NCBI GenBank assembly: GCA_044224355.1 | Contig: JBGAKP010000002.1 | Span: forward strand, 152,626 to 216,625 | Direction of reading: 5' to 3' | Length of the DNA: 64,000 bases | From: Pyrinomonadaceae bacterium | Lineage (GTDB): Bacteria > Acidobacteriota > Blastocatellia > Pyrinomonadales > Pyrinomonadaceae | Shown here: in pieces, positions 18,195 to 27,437 of the stretch | Position numbering within the stretch: position 1 is the first letter of the stretch | Layout of the letters: every line of letters starts with the position of its first letter | Notes under the pieces: model-generated | Databases searched by the model: none | What the model was told of the DNA's origin: nothing | The model's input: the letters and a program-made list of their open reading frames with translations, nothing else | Position numbers and translations under genes: made by a program

Positions 18195-21100
18195 TTATGC
18201 AGTCTGTTGATATTTCGATTTGAAATCCTCTTTACTAAACGCCCGGTCCAGCCACAGATTCGTAAGCTTCTCCTGCACGCTGTTTGCCTTTAGACGCTCA
18301 TTCAGATTCTTGAAATCGACAAAATCGAGATGCTGGTCCTGGTTAAAGCACGAGAAGACCCAAAATTCTTCGCCGGTATGTGGATTGACATGACGCTGCA
18401 AACACTGTGCGCACACCTCTTTCATCATGCACTGCATCGGCGAATTGATAGAACCGATCGCGACGTGATGTTCATTTAAGTAAGGTTTGAGTGAGGTGTG
18501 GCGGGCCTCGCGGACGCCGTTCATCATTCGGTCCGAACCGATGGCGATGATCCGATCGACATCTTTTAGATCGACCGTCTTTGGTCCGAGCCGGCCTTCG
18601 GCATAGGCGAGAATGGCCTGCACGATATTTCCTCTAAAGTGGGCGTCCTGCGGCCGCTTCGGCACGATCTCGTCGCCAAGATCGGTTGCCCAGACGACCT
18701 CGTCTGTCGCGTTCTCGATCTCTTCGCGTTTGAAAAGATCGCTTCCATTCTTATATCCGGCAAAATATATGACCTTATTATTCCTGGCCCTCAATGCTCG
18801 GGCTATAGAGAACAGCACCGCGTTGCCTAGGCCGCCGCCGGCAAGCATGACCGTCTCATTTTCCGTGATCTCGGTCGGCGTACCGGTCGGGCCCATTACC
18901 AGAACCTCTTCGCCTTCTTTGAGAAGCTGGCATAACCGCGACGATGTGCCCATTTCGAGTACGATCATCGAGAGTAGCCCTTTTTCCTCGTCAACCCAGG
19001 CCCCGGTCAACGCAAGCCCTTCCATCAGCAGCCTCACGCCGTCAACGACCGGTGCCGTGGTCTCAAAATTCTGCAGCCGATAAAATTGCCCCGGCTCGAA
19101 TTTGCGTGCCTGAAGCGGGGCCTTTACGACTACATCGACGATCGTCGGCGTCAACCGCTCGACCCGAACGACATACGCTCGCAGTTGTTCATCAAGCCTC
19201 GCGGCAAAACTGTCAAAAGCCGTGTCATCGGCAGGCATCGCACAATTGGTCCCGAAGATCTCGGCAATTCGTCGGTAACCATGCTTCGCCGAGGCCATCG
19301 CTTTTACCACATTTCCTGCATATTGTGGATGATTATCGCCGTAATAGCTTATGAACTTGCCGTCAAGTTCGTATGAGGTAAAAAATCCGGTCTCGCCTTT
19401 CCCGACAGCGACCGGGTGTAATTTGCCGTCATCCGCCTTCTCGATCCGGAAAGGCTTGAAGAATTGCCGCCACTCATCCATTTCGAAAGTGCCCGGCTTT
19501 TCTTTTTCATATATGACATTCGGGCTTGTGCCGGCTGCCACGCAAACAGTATGGGCCGGAAATTCGTGCATTTCGCCCGTATTCTCAAATTTTCCGTTCT
19601 CGGCCTTGAACTCAAGCCGTTCGAAAACAACTGCTTTTACAGCGTTAAATTCATCGGGCACGGCCTCGGTCGGACTCATGCACTCGACAATGTCAATGCC
19701 TTCCTCGAGGGCCTTTTGCACCTCTTCGTGATTGAGCCTGTATGCCGGTGAATCCTGCAGTCGTTTTCGGTACACAAGCGACACGCCACCCCAAGCGCGT
19801 ACAAGTTTCACAAGATCAGGCTCTTCGCCGGCTTTTGCCGCCCGATCTCGTTCGGCCCGTATCGCACGGCCATGTTCGAGGAATTCACGAAGAATGCGTG
19901 TTTCTTCTTCGTCAAATTTCGCTGAAACACGCTCTTCCCCGAACTGAGCGACGGCCTGCTCGTATTTCTGCAGCATTTTTTCGACCTGCACCGGATAATA
20001 GGCAAACAACTCGGTCGCCGTATCGATCCCGGTCAGGCCGCCGCCGATAACGACAGCGGGCAGCCGCACCTGAAGATTGGACAGCGTGTCTTTTTTGAAC
20101 GCGCCGGTCAATTGCAAGGACATCAGAAAATCCGACGCCTGGCGTATCCCGCGAATGAGGTTGTTTTTCATCGGGACGATGGTCGGGCGGCCGGCACCGG
20201 TTGCGATCGCAATGTGATCAAATCCGTAATCCCAAGCGTCTTCGATCGTCAGTGTGCCGCCAAATCTGACCCCGCCGAACGAGCGAAAATGCTTTCGGCG
20301 CGAAAGCAGGAGCTGTATCATCGTCAGGAAATTCTTGTCCCAACGTACGGTAATTCCATACTCGGACACGCCGCCAAATCCTGACAGTATCCGCTCGTCA
20401 AGTTCCTCAGTTATTTCCGAGATCTGCTTGATCGGTTTTGGGCAGAGCCGTCCGCCGTTGCCGGTCCAGTTTGACGGAAGCGGTTCGATCTTCAACCCGT
20501 CGATCCCGACCACGCCGAATCCCTCGTTTAGCAGATAATGGGCAAGCGTGTAACCGGCCGGCCCGAGCCCGACTACCAACACATTCTTGCCGTTATATGG
20601 CAATGCATACGGCCGTTCGGCGTTCAGCGGATTCCAACGAGTCAGGAGGCTGTAAATTTCGAATCCATAAGGCAGCTTAAGAACGTCCGTCAGTGACGAC
20701 GTTTCGGCAAGCGGTATATTCACGGGATCCTGCTTCTGAAAGATGCAGCCCTTCATGCAGTCATTGCAGATGCGATGGCCCGTTCCTGCACACATCGGAT
20801 TGTCTATCGCGATCAGGGAAAGGGCACCGATCACGTCTCCCTGTTTCTTCATCATGTGCATCTCGGAGATCTTTTCTTCGAGCGGACAGCCCTCGGTACG
20901 GATACCAAGCGGGTTCCGCTTTGCCGATCCGTCCGGCTCGCGCAACCCGGTCGAACATGCATCCTTGCCGCGTTCGTGGCAGATAAGGCAGTAGTCGATC
21001 TCGAAAAGAGAGTCGCGCATCGAGCCCCGGTCGTCTGTCAGTTTGAAACCGTCACGACGCCGCAATTCGTCCTCGGCGCCGCGCATAATGTTGTGCAATG

Positions 21101-21929
21101 CGGGCTCAGGATGTATCAGATGAACAAGATTTTGGTAGTCAAGCGCATGCGGTGTTCTGAAGCTGTACCACTTCTTAGACTTTCGATTAAACGCCGATGC
21201 CGCCCATGCCTCGATCATTCGCACGACGGCGGCCACGATGAGTTCATCGCCGGTCGCATCGGCCTCGATTACGGCTCGCGAAAACTCGATGCCGAAGGTA
21301 CTGTCCTTTAGTCTTTCGGATGCGTCACGAACCTTCTTAATTGTTTCTTCGACGGCCGGCGAGCGGGCCTCGCCTTTTTTGAGGCACTCTTCCGCATCGA
21401 GCAGGCGACACGTCATCTCAGCGATCGAGAGTTCGTCATCGCTGACAAGAGTTTCATCGAACGCGTTGTTTCTCAGTTCGGTCAGAGCTTTCCACAATCG
21501 ATCTTCGGCGATAGTCGCGAGTTGAGCTGCGTCATATTTTTTGGCCGCCCGCCGCTGAACGAAGAATTTGAAGCGCCACACCGCATTCTGGCCGATGATC
21601 TCGTTCTTCAGGTCCAATGCATTCCCTTTTATCCCGAAAAGCCGGGCTATAAGATCCGAAAGAAAAGGAGCGGCATCCGTTAGTATTTTCGAACGGACCT
21701 TTGGCTCGTAGCCGTGTCCTCGTGCAGCGATATATTTTGCAAGGGCCGAAGCAAGGGTCGGGTCACCATCGGCGATCTCCGCGTAAAATATATCGGCAAG
21801 CTCTTTCAACTTTATCGGATCGAATAAGTGCGAATATCTAAAACCCTCGACGCCGAGTTCGAAGTCCGGGGCCTGAGCAGAAGTATGAATTTCGGTCGTG
21901 TATGACATAACGGTCTTCAAAGCACGCAT
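18195..21929 (-). CDS. Large fused FeS flavoprotein oxidoreductase: unassigned N-terminal domain + GltD/NfnB-like + PyrK/NfnA-like modules
   Basis: 1244 aa. Cys clusters at aa 314-395. Two dinucleotide folds: VLVVGLGPAGYTLA and AVVIGGGLTGIDTA. FNR-like VRVERLTPTIVDVVVKAP...FEPGQFYRLQ and MLAGGGLGNA. C-terminal C-x5-C-x2-C-x17-C motif. The start could instead be M8 (21908). Confidence 0.8.
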   Translation of the reverse strand: MRALKTVMSYTTEIHTSAQAPDFELGVEGFRYSHLFDPIKLKELADIFYAEIADGDPTLASALAKYIAARGHGYEPKVRSKILTDAAPFLSDLIARLFGIKGNALDLKNEIIGQNAVWRFKFFVQRRAAKKYDAAQLATIAEDRLWKALTELRNNAFDETLVSDDELSIAEMTCRLLDAEECLKKGEARSPAVEETIKKVRDASERLKDSTFGIEFSRAVIEADATGDELIVAAVVRMIEAWAASAFNRKSKKWYSFRTPHALDYQNLVHLIHPEPALHNIMRGAEDELRRRDGFKLTDDRGSMRDSLFEIDYCLICHERGKDACSTGLREPDGSAKRNPLGIRTEGCPLEEKISEMHMMKKQGDVIGALSLIAIDNPMCAGTGHRICNDCMKGCIFQKQDPVNIPLAETSSLTDVLKLPYGFEIYSLLTRWNPLNAERPYALPYNGKNVLVVGLGPAGYTLAHYLLNEGFGVVGIDGLKIEPLPSNWTGNGGRLCPKPIKQISEITEELDERILSGFGGVSEYGITVRWDKNFLTMIQLLLSRRKHFRSFGGVRFGGTLTIEDAWDYGFDHIAIATGAGRPTIVPMKNNLIRGIRQASDFLMSLQLTGAFKKDTLSNLQVRLPAVVIGGGLTGIDTATELFAYYPVQVEKMLQKYEQAVAQFGEERVSAKFDEEETRILREFLEHGRAIRAERDRAAKAGEEPDLVKLVRAWGGVSLVYRKRLQDSPAYRLNHEEVQKALEEGIDIVECMSPTEAVPDEFNAVKAVVFERLEFKAENGKFENTGEMHEFPAHTVCVAAGTSPNVIYEKEKPGTFEMDEWRQFFKPFRIEKADDGKLHPVAVGKGETGFFTSYELDGKFISYYGDNHPQYAGNVVKAMASAKHGYRRIAEIFGTNCAMPADDTAFDSFAARLDEQLRAYVVRVERLTPTIVDVVVKAPLQARKFEPGQFYRLQNFETTAPVVDGVRLLMEGLALTGAWVDEEKGLLSMIVLEMGTSSRLCQLLKEGEEVLVMGPTGTPTEITENETVMLAGGGLGNAVLFSIARALRARNNKVIYFAGYKNGSDLFKREEIENATDEVVWATDLGDEIVPKRPQDAHFRGNIVQAILAYAEGRLGPKTVDLKDVDRIIAIGSDRMMNGVREARHTSLKPYLNEHHVAIGSINSPMQCMMKEVCAQCLQRHVNPHTGEEFWVFSCFNQDQHLDFVDFKNLNERLKANSVQEKLTNLWLDRAFSKEDFKSKYQQTA

Positions 21930-22143
21930 TTCGCGGCCAATGAATAAATGGGTAGTATAACACCCAATGGCTGAACCACGTTAAAGCCGCATTGTTCCGG
22001 CCGCTGCTGTTCACCCACCTGTTCGTGCAACGATTTGTCTTATCTATAAGCAGGAAAATGTGAAAAGCACGGCAAAATGTGCTATAAATCAGGTTCACGA
22101 TCGTGTTGCAGCCTCCTCACAGCGGGCGGCTTTCCCAGTCAGT

Positions 22144-24648
22144 ATGGAACAAGAACAAAGGCTAACTCCGTTACCGCGCTCTCTCGAAGTCCAACACGCG
22201 CCCAACGACTACCTTGAGCCGTATTCGGGATTTTATGACGATGAATTGTTTTCGAACCGGCGAACGGTTCGTCAATACATCAATATCGTTTACAAGCGTC
22301 TTCCGCTTATTCTCATCATCACCGTGCTTGTAACCGGGCTGGTCTCATTGTGGTCATTCCGCCAACCGTCGATCTACCGCGCCGAGACGGGTATGATCAT
22401 CGAGCCTCGAAAGCCGCAGGTGACACAGAAAGAAGCGATCAACATCAACTTTGGCAACGACATAACGTACTACAATACGCAGCTCCAGTTGCTTCAAAAT
22501 CAGGACCTGATGACAAAGGTCGTCATAGCTCTTGGACTGCAGCGTGACGCGCGCTTGCTTGGCAGTGATAGAAGCTCTTTGCTGGACAGCCTTAAAAATG
22601 TATTTACCGGCAGCACTAAGAGTGCAGCTACCGACAATTCACTTCCGGTCGTTTCAGACACTGCCGAAACATCAAACGACGGTAAGATCCAGCTAACGCC
22701 TGAGGAAGAAGTACTTGTTGCAAAGTACGCCGCGAGGTTGTCCAACGGCCTCAAGGTAGAACAGGTCCCAAACACCAATCTTGTCAACGTAACGATCGAC
22801 AATGAAAATCCGGCGCTTGCGGCAAAGGTCGCGGACAAGGTCGCCGACCTCTTTATAGACGAAAATTCAAATCGTGAGCTGGAAGGCGCTAAAAAGACAT
22901 ATTCGGAACTGCAAAAATCGATCGAGGATCTGAAAAATACTATCGCGAAGGAAGAAAGCGATTATATCGAGGAAATGCGGGTCAGCGGCCTGCCGCTGCA
23001 GGATAAAGGCGGCGAGCTTCGATCCGGTAACCTCGTTACTCTGCAGAAAGAATACAATGACGCGCAGTCCGAATCCGGCAAGATACAGGCCTTGTATTCG
23101 GCAGCGATCACCGCAAGCGGCAAGGGCGACATACTCTCCGTGGTCGGCGACAATAAAGCTATTCAGGATGCCCGAAGCCAGAACCTAAAACGCCAAGCGG
23201 ACCTCGAAAATCGGATCGAGGAGATCGAAAAAAAGATCAACGACGCTAACGAAAACAAGAAAAAGCTACTCTCCAAATATACCGAAGATCACCCGGCGGT
23301 CATAGAAGTTACGGCCCAGATCGCGGAACTTGAAAAGCAAAAGACACGCATAAATTCCGAGGTGTCCGAGAAGATCAAATCCGAGAGTACAAAACTTGAG
23401 AAAAATGCCGAGCGCGAGGTCTTGGCAAGCCTAAAAGCCCAGCTCGAAGCCGCAAAGGCTCGTGAAGATCGAACTCGAGCGTCTTATGTCCAGGCTGCCG
23501 AAAAGGCTAATGTTGAAGGCCAGGCCGAAACGCGGTTAACCACATTAAAGCGGGAGATAGAGACCAATCGGAGCCTGCTCGACACGTACACTCAGCGCCA
23601 AAAGGAACAAGAACTCGCCATCACCGGCGACCGGCCCAACAATATCCATATTTCGAACCATGCCGTCGTTCCCGAAGGCCCGATCGGGCCGCAGCGGGCG
23701 CGGAATATCTTCGTGGCATTGCTTGCATCTCTCGCGGCCGGCATCGGGCTGGCTTTTCTTCTCGACTACCTTGATGATTCGATCAGGACCTCCGATGACG
23801 TAAGCCGCAACCTCGGGCTGCCCACGCTTGCGTTGATCCCGCATCATCAGGCGGAAAAACGAAGGCTCGCCCTGCCGTCCGTAAACGGAAATTCCGGCGC
23901 GGGCGCAGCTCTTGTTGCCCTTGAAGAAAAGAATTCGCCTTCGGCTGAGGCGTACCGGCACCTCCGAACATCGCTTTTGTTCTCGTCCGCGGGCAAACCG
24001 CCTCAGACGATACTTGTCACATCGGCGTCCCCGTCAGAAGGCAAAACGACGACCGCGATTAACATGGCCGTCACGCTCGCTCAGGCTGATGCCGACGTCG
24101 TTATTCTCGATTGCGACCTTCGCCGGCCCCGCGTTCATTCGCACTTTGGGCTTGAAAATTCCCAGGGCCTTACAAACTATATCTCAGGCGAGAAATCGAC
24201 CGAGAACCTGATCAAATCAAGCCCCGATGTCCCCAGGCTGAAGATAATTACCAGCGGCCCGATCCCGCCAAACCCGGCCGAGCTATTGAGCTCGAACGAA
24301 ATGAAGAAACTGCTTCAGTTCCTTCGCGGACGTTTCCGCCATGTGATCATCGATTCGCCTCCGGCGATCTCGTTCACCGATGCCGCCATCCTTTCAACCC
24401 TGGTTGACGGCGTTGTCTTGGTAGCTATGTCCGGAAAGAGTTCGATCCACCTGTTGCGGCAGTTCAAGCAGCGTCTCAGCAATATTGGGGCACGCATCTA
24501 CGGCGTCGTTCTGAACGATATCAAATCAGGCTCACTTGAATATGGTGATTACGGATCCACGTATTACAGCTACTATAAACACAGCGATGACGATGACTCG
24601 ACGCCGATGATGGCCGATAGCTCATATACGAATGGTCGAGGTAACTAA
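22144..24648 (+). CDS. wzc: Polysaccharide co-polymerase / tyrosine autokinase (Wzc/GumC-EpsB type, PCP-2a)
   Basis: N-terminal Wzz-like domain with a TM segment and a long coiled coil. Second TM IFVALLASLAAGIGLAFLL. Kinase Walker A SPSEGKTTT, A' ILDCDLRRP, B VIIDSPP. C-terminal Tyr cluster EYGDYGSTYYSYYKH. Start trimmed to ATG 22144. Confidence 0.9.
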   Translation: MEQEQRLTPLPRSLEVQHAPNDYLEPYSGFYDDELFSNRRTVRQYINIVYKRLPLILIITVLVTGLVSLWSFRQPSIYRAETGMIIEPRKPQVTQKEAININFGNDITYYNTQLQLLQNQDLMTKVVIALGLQRDARLLGSDRSSLLDSLKNVFTGSTKSAATDNSLPVVSDTAETSNDGKIQLTPEEEVLVAKYAARLSNGLKVEQVPNTNLVNVTIDNENPALAAKVADKVADLFIDENSNRELEGAKKTYSELQKSIEDLKNTIAKEESDYIEEMRVSGLPLQDKGGELRSGNLVTLQKEYNDAQSESGKIQALYSAAITASGKGDILSVVGDNKAIQDARSQNLKRQADLENRIEEIEKKINDANENKKKLLSKYTEDHPAVIEVTAQIAELEKQKTRINSEVSEKIKSESTKLEKNAEREVLASLKAQLEAAKAREDRTRASYVQAAEKANVEGQAETRLTTLKREIETNRSLLDTYTQRQKEQELAITGDRPNNIHISNHAVVPEGPIGPQRARNIFVALLASLAAGIGLAFLLDYLDDSIRTSDDVSRNLGLPTLALIPHHQAEKRRLALPSVNGNSGAGAALVALEEKNSPSAEAYRHLRTSLLFSSAGKPPQTILVTSASPSEGKTTTAINMAVTLAQADADVVILDCDLRRPRVHSHFGLENSQGLTNYISGEKSTENLIKSSPDVPRLKIITSGPIPPNPAELLSSNEMKKLLQFLRGRFRHVIIDSPPAISFTDAAILSTLVDGVVLVAMSGKSSIHLLRQFKQRLSNIGARIYGVVLNDIKSGSLEYGDYGSTYYSYYKHSDDDDSTPMMADSSYTNGRGN

Positions 24649-24677
24649 TAATCGTACTAAGGATCTATCGGATTTGA

Positions 24678-25532
24678 TCAAGTACCCGACTGCTTTAATA
24701 CGAATTTGCGAAGCGAGTCCTTCCAATCCGGAAGCGGAGCAAGGCCAAATCTCTCGCTAAAAATACAGGCAAGTTTTGAATTTGCGGGCCGCGGTGCAGG
24801 GCGTTGGAGGCTCTCACGGCTGACGGATTCGATCAAGCCGCCGTCATAACCACCAAGGACGCTGACAGCTTGTGCAAATTCTAGATAACTTACACCCGGC
24901 CCGGAATTAGTGACGTGATAGACACACGGAAGATCGACCTCGACAAGCTCCCGCAGACGCTTAGCGAGGTCGCCCGCAAAGGTCGGCGTTCCGTACGAAT
25001 CGTTTATCGCAGTGATCGACCGGCCCTCTGAAAGCAGCTTTGGGATAATGCTCAAAAAATTTGTACCGTATTCGCCATAGATCCAGCCCGAACGGACAAT
25101 TATCGAATTGGCGTTTGCTTCGCTCGCTTTACGTTCGCCGGCAAGCTTTGATGTTGCATAAACGCCCCGAGGGGCAGGCGTATGTCGCTGTGTATAAAAC
25201 CCCGAATACGTGCCGTCGAAAACGTAGTCAGTCGATATCGTTACAAATCGGGAACCGGCTCTTTTTGCAGATGCCGCAAGGTTTTCGACGCCGGTCGTGT
25301 TGGCGAGGATCGCAGACCCTGCATTCGATTCCGCTCCGTCAACATCCGTAAAAGCAGCACAGTTAATTATCGCATCCGGCTTGCGGGCATCTATCGCAAA
25401 ACGAACAGCATTCGCGTCCGAAATGTCCAGTTCCTTTCTCGTCAGAGCAATGACCTCGTCATTGATTGAACGGCAATAGGCAGTCGTTGCTCGGGCAACC
25501 ATTCCGTTGGCCCCGGTAATGAGAACCTTCAT
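24678..25532 (-). CDS. rfbD: dTDP-4-dehydrorhamnose reductase
   Basis: MKVLITGANGMVA Rossmann fold and YATSKLAGE catalytic YxxxK. Start trimmed to ATG 25532, which forms an ATGA overlap with the rfbB stop. Confidence 0.9.
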   Translation of the reverse strand: MKVLITGANGMVARATTAYCRSINDEVIALTRKELDISDANAVRFAIDARKPDAIINCAAFTDVDGAESNAGSAILANTTGVENLAASAKRAGSRFVTISTDYVFDGTYSGFYTQRHTPAPRGVYATSKLAGERKASEANANSIIVRSGWIYGEYGTNFLSIIPKLLSEGRSITAINDSYGTPTFAGDLAKRLRELVEVDLPCVYHVTNSGPGVSYLEFAQAVSVLGGYDGGLIESVSRESLQRPAPRPANSKLACIFSERFGLAPLPDWKDSLRKFVLKQSGT

Positions 25533-26563
25533 GCCGGCAGGCCTCTCCCGGCGCGGTCTAGGTACATTTTCTTGTAATAGTCGCGGTACTCCCCATTTCG
25601 CACATGATCGACCCACGCCTGATTTCCGAGATACCAGTCGATAGTCTGCTCGATTCCCGATTGCCATGAAATGGCCGGCTTCCAGCCAAGATCTACTTCC
25701 GTCCTGGTCGGATCGATCGCGTATCGCCGATCGTGTCCGGGGCGGTCAGCGACATAGCTGATCAGCGTATGCGGCTTCGAAAGCGCGTCCAGGATCGCCT
25801 TGACGACCTCGATATTCTCTCTCTCGTTTCGTGCTCCGATGTTATACACTTTTCCGGGCCGGCCCAGCTTGTATGCCAGCCAAATCGCCGCACAGTGATC
25901 ATCCACAAATATCCAGTCACGGACATTACGCCCATCCCCATAAACCGGCAGCGGCTGATCTTCCAAAGCATTGGCGATCATTAGCGGTATCAGTTTTTCG
26001 GGAAATTGACGCGGCCCGTAATTATTGCCGCAGCGTGTTACGACCGTATCTGATCCAAATGTCTTTCGGGCTGCACGGACAAACATTTCCGCAGCAGCCT
26101 TTGACGCCGCATACGGCGAATTTGGCCTGTAAGGCGAGTCTTCCGTAAACAGATCTTCGCTTTCGTCCGGCAGGCTGCCCATCACCTCGTCGGTTGAAAT
26201 ATGCACAAACCGCCTGACGTTGCGTTGCCGTGCCGCGTCAAGCAGTACCTGCGTTCCGATCACATTTGTCCTAAGGAATTCGGCTGACGAGATAATGCTT
26301 CGGTCAACATGGGATTCGGCGGCAAAATTGAATATGGCATCGCACTCCTCCGGGATCGCGGCAAGCACAGCCTCAGGGTCGGCTATATCGCCGCGAATAA
26401 ATGTATGACGCGCGCCATCGACGTCTTGAAGATTCTCAAGATTGCCGGCGTAGGTCAGGGCATCCAGATCGGTTATCCTAACGTCCGGTTCGCGTGATAG
26501 AACCATTCGCACGAACGCAGAACCGATAAAACCGGCGCCTCCGGTCACCATTATATTGGTCAT
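25529..26563 (-). CDS. rfbB: dTDP-glucose 4,6-dehydratase
   Basis: MVTGGAGFIGS, ESHVDRS and YAASKAAAE blocks. Confidence 0.95.
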   Translation of the reverse strand: MTNIMVTGGAGFIGSAFVRMVLSREPDVRITDLDALTYAGNLENLQDVDGARHTFIRGDIADPEAVLAAIPEECDAIFNFAAESHVDRSIISSAEFLRTNVIGTQVLLDAARQRNVRRFVHISTDEVMGSLPDESEDLFTEDSPYRPNSPYAASKAAAEMFVRAARKTFGSDTVVTRCGNNYGPRQFPEKLIPLMIANALEDQPLPVYGDGRNVRDWIFVDDHCAAIWLAYKLGRPGKVYNIGARNERENIEVVKAILDALSKPHTLISYVADRPGHDRRYAIDPTRTEVDLGWKPAISWQSGIEQTIDWYLGNQAWVDHVRNGEYRDYYKKMYLDRAGRGLPA

Positions 26564-26600
26564 AGGTCTAAGTTCATTTCGCAGGGCGAACTGTCATTTC

Positions 26601-27188
26601 TCAACTGTCCAGCCGCCGCATTTGCTTCAGCATCATATCCGCATGCTGCCGGGGTGAATTGATGTTCTTAAGTATCAGTTTGCCGCCCTGTTCGCTGGCA
26701 TTATCAATGACCAGGTCCCCAAAACCGAACAGACGCTGCATTACCGAGGTTACAACAGTAACGTCCTGTATTCTCCTCAACGGAATGTTCCTTGTCGTAC
26801 GCCCTATCAGCCCCGTGTCCACCTCAATTTGGGTGTCAGTGAGCGAATATCGAACGAGTTTTGCCTTTGCGTGATAAAAGGCCGGTATCATGAACAGTAG
26901 CAGGCCAAACAGTATCGATATCCAGGGTGAGATGCCCACGATACTCAATAGGGCGACCAAAAGCATCGCTCCAAAAGCCGCAAAAACGTAACCGGCCTTT
27001 ATAAACAAGAGCGTTGGCCCGATGGTAAAGATCGCGGCCCCGTCACTCGACTCGGCCACCGGCGAAGCATGTTCACCTGAACCTCTGGCTGCTACATGCG
27101 TCTCATCTTCGCCCTCGATCAATTCTCCGCATTTACGGCAGTAGGTCGCCGTTTCTGAGTTGTTTGTGCCGCACTTTGTACAATACAT
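26601..27188 (-). CDS. Zinc-ribbon plus membrane-anchored bacterial PH (bPH_2/YdbS-like) domain protein
   Basis: N-terminal CTKCG...CRKCG, two TM helices, and C-terminal YSLTDTQIEVDTGLIGRTTRNIPLRRIQDV...FGFGDLVI, typical of bPH_2. Confidence 0.7.
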   Translation of the reverse strand: MYCTKCGTNNSETATYCRKCGELIEGEDETHVAARGSGEHASPVAESSDGAAIFTIGPTLLFIKAGYVFAAFGAMLLVALLSIVGISPWISILFGLLLFMIPAFYHAKAKLVRYSLTDTQIEVDTGLIGRTTRNIPLRRIQDVTVVTSVMQRLFGFGDLVIDNASEQGGKLILKNINSPRQHADMMLKQMRRLDS

Positions 27189-27437
27189 CCGGGGCCCGCC
27201 TCTAAACAGAGATCATCAAGATAACGAACGATCCGCGACCGGACACCGTCCACGTGCCTCAATGATCGCGAAAATAATTCCTTGAATTATAGCAGGTTAA
27301 TTATGCGATCCGCTGTTTAGTGAGCGTATTTCATGTGTAAACCGATGAGCCGGAACGCTTTTCTTTTGTATGAAAACCGTGAGTGCGTTTATACTCCGTA
27401 AAGTTTCCAAAATTTGAACCCTTTGCTGACTCGTAAA

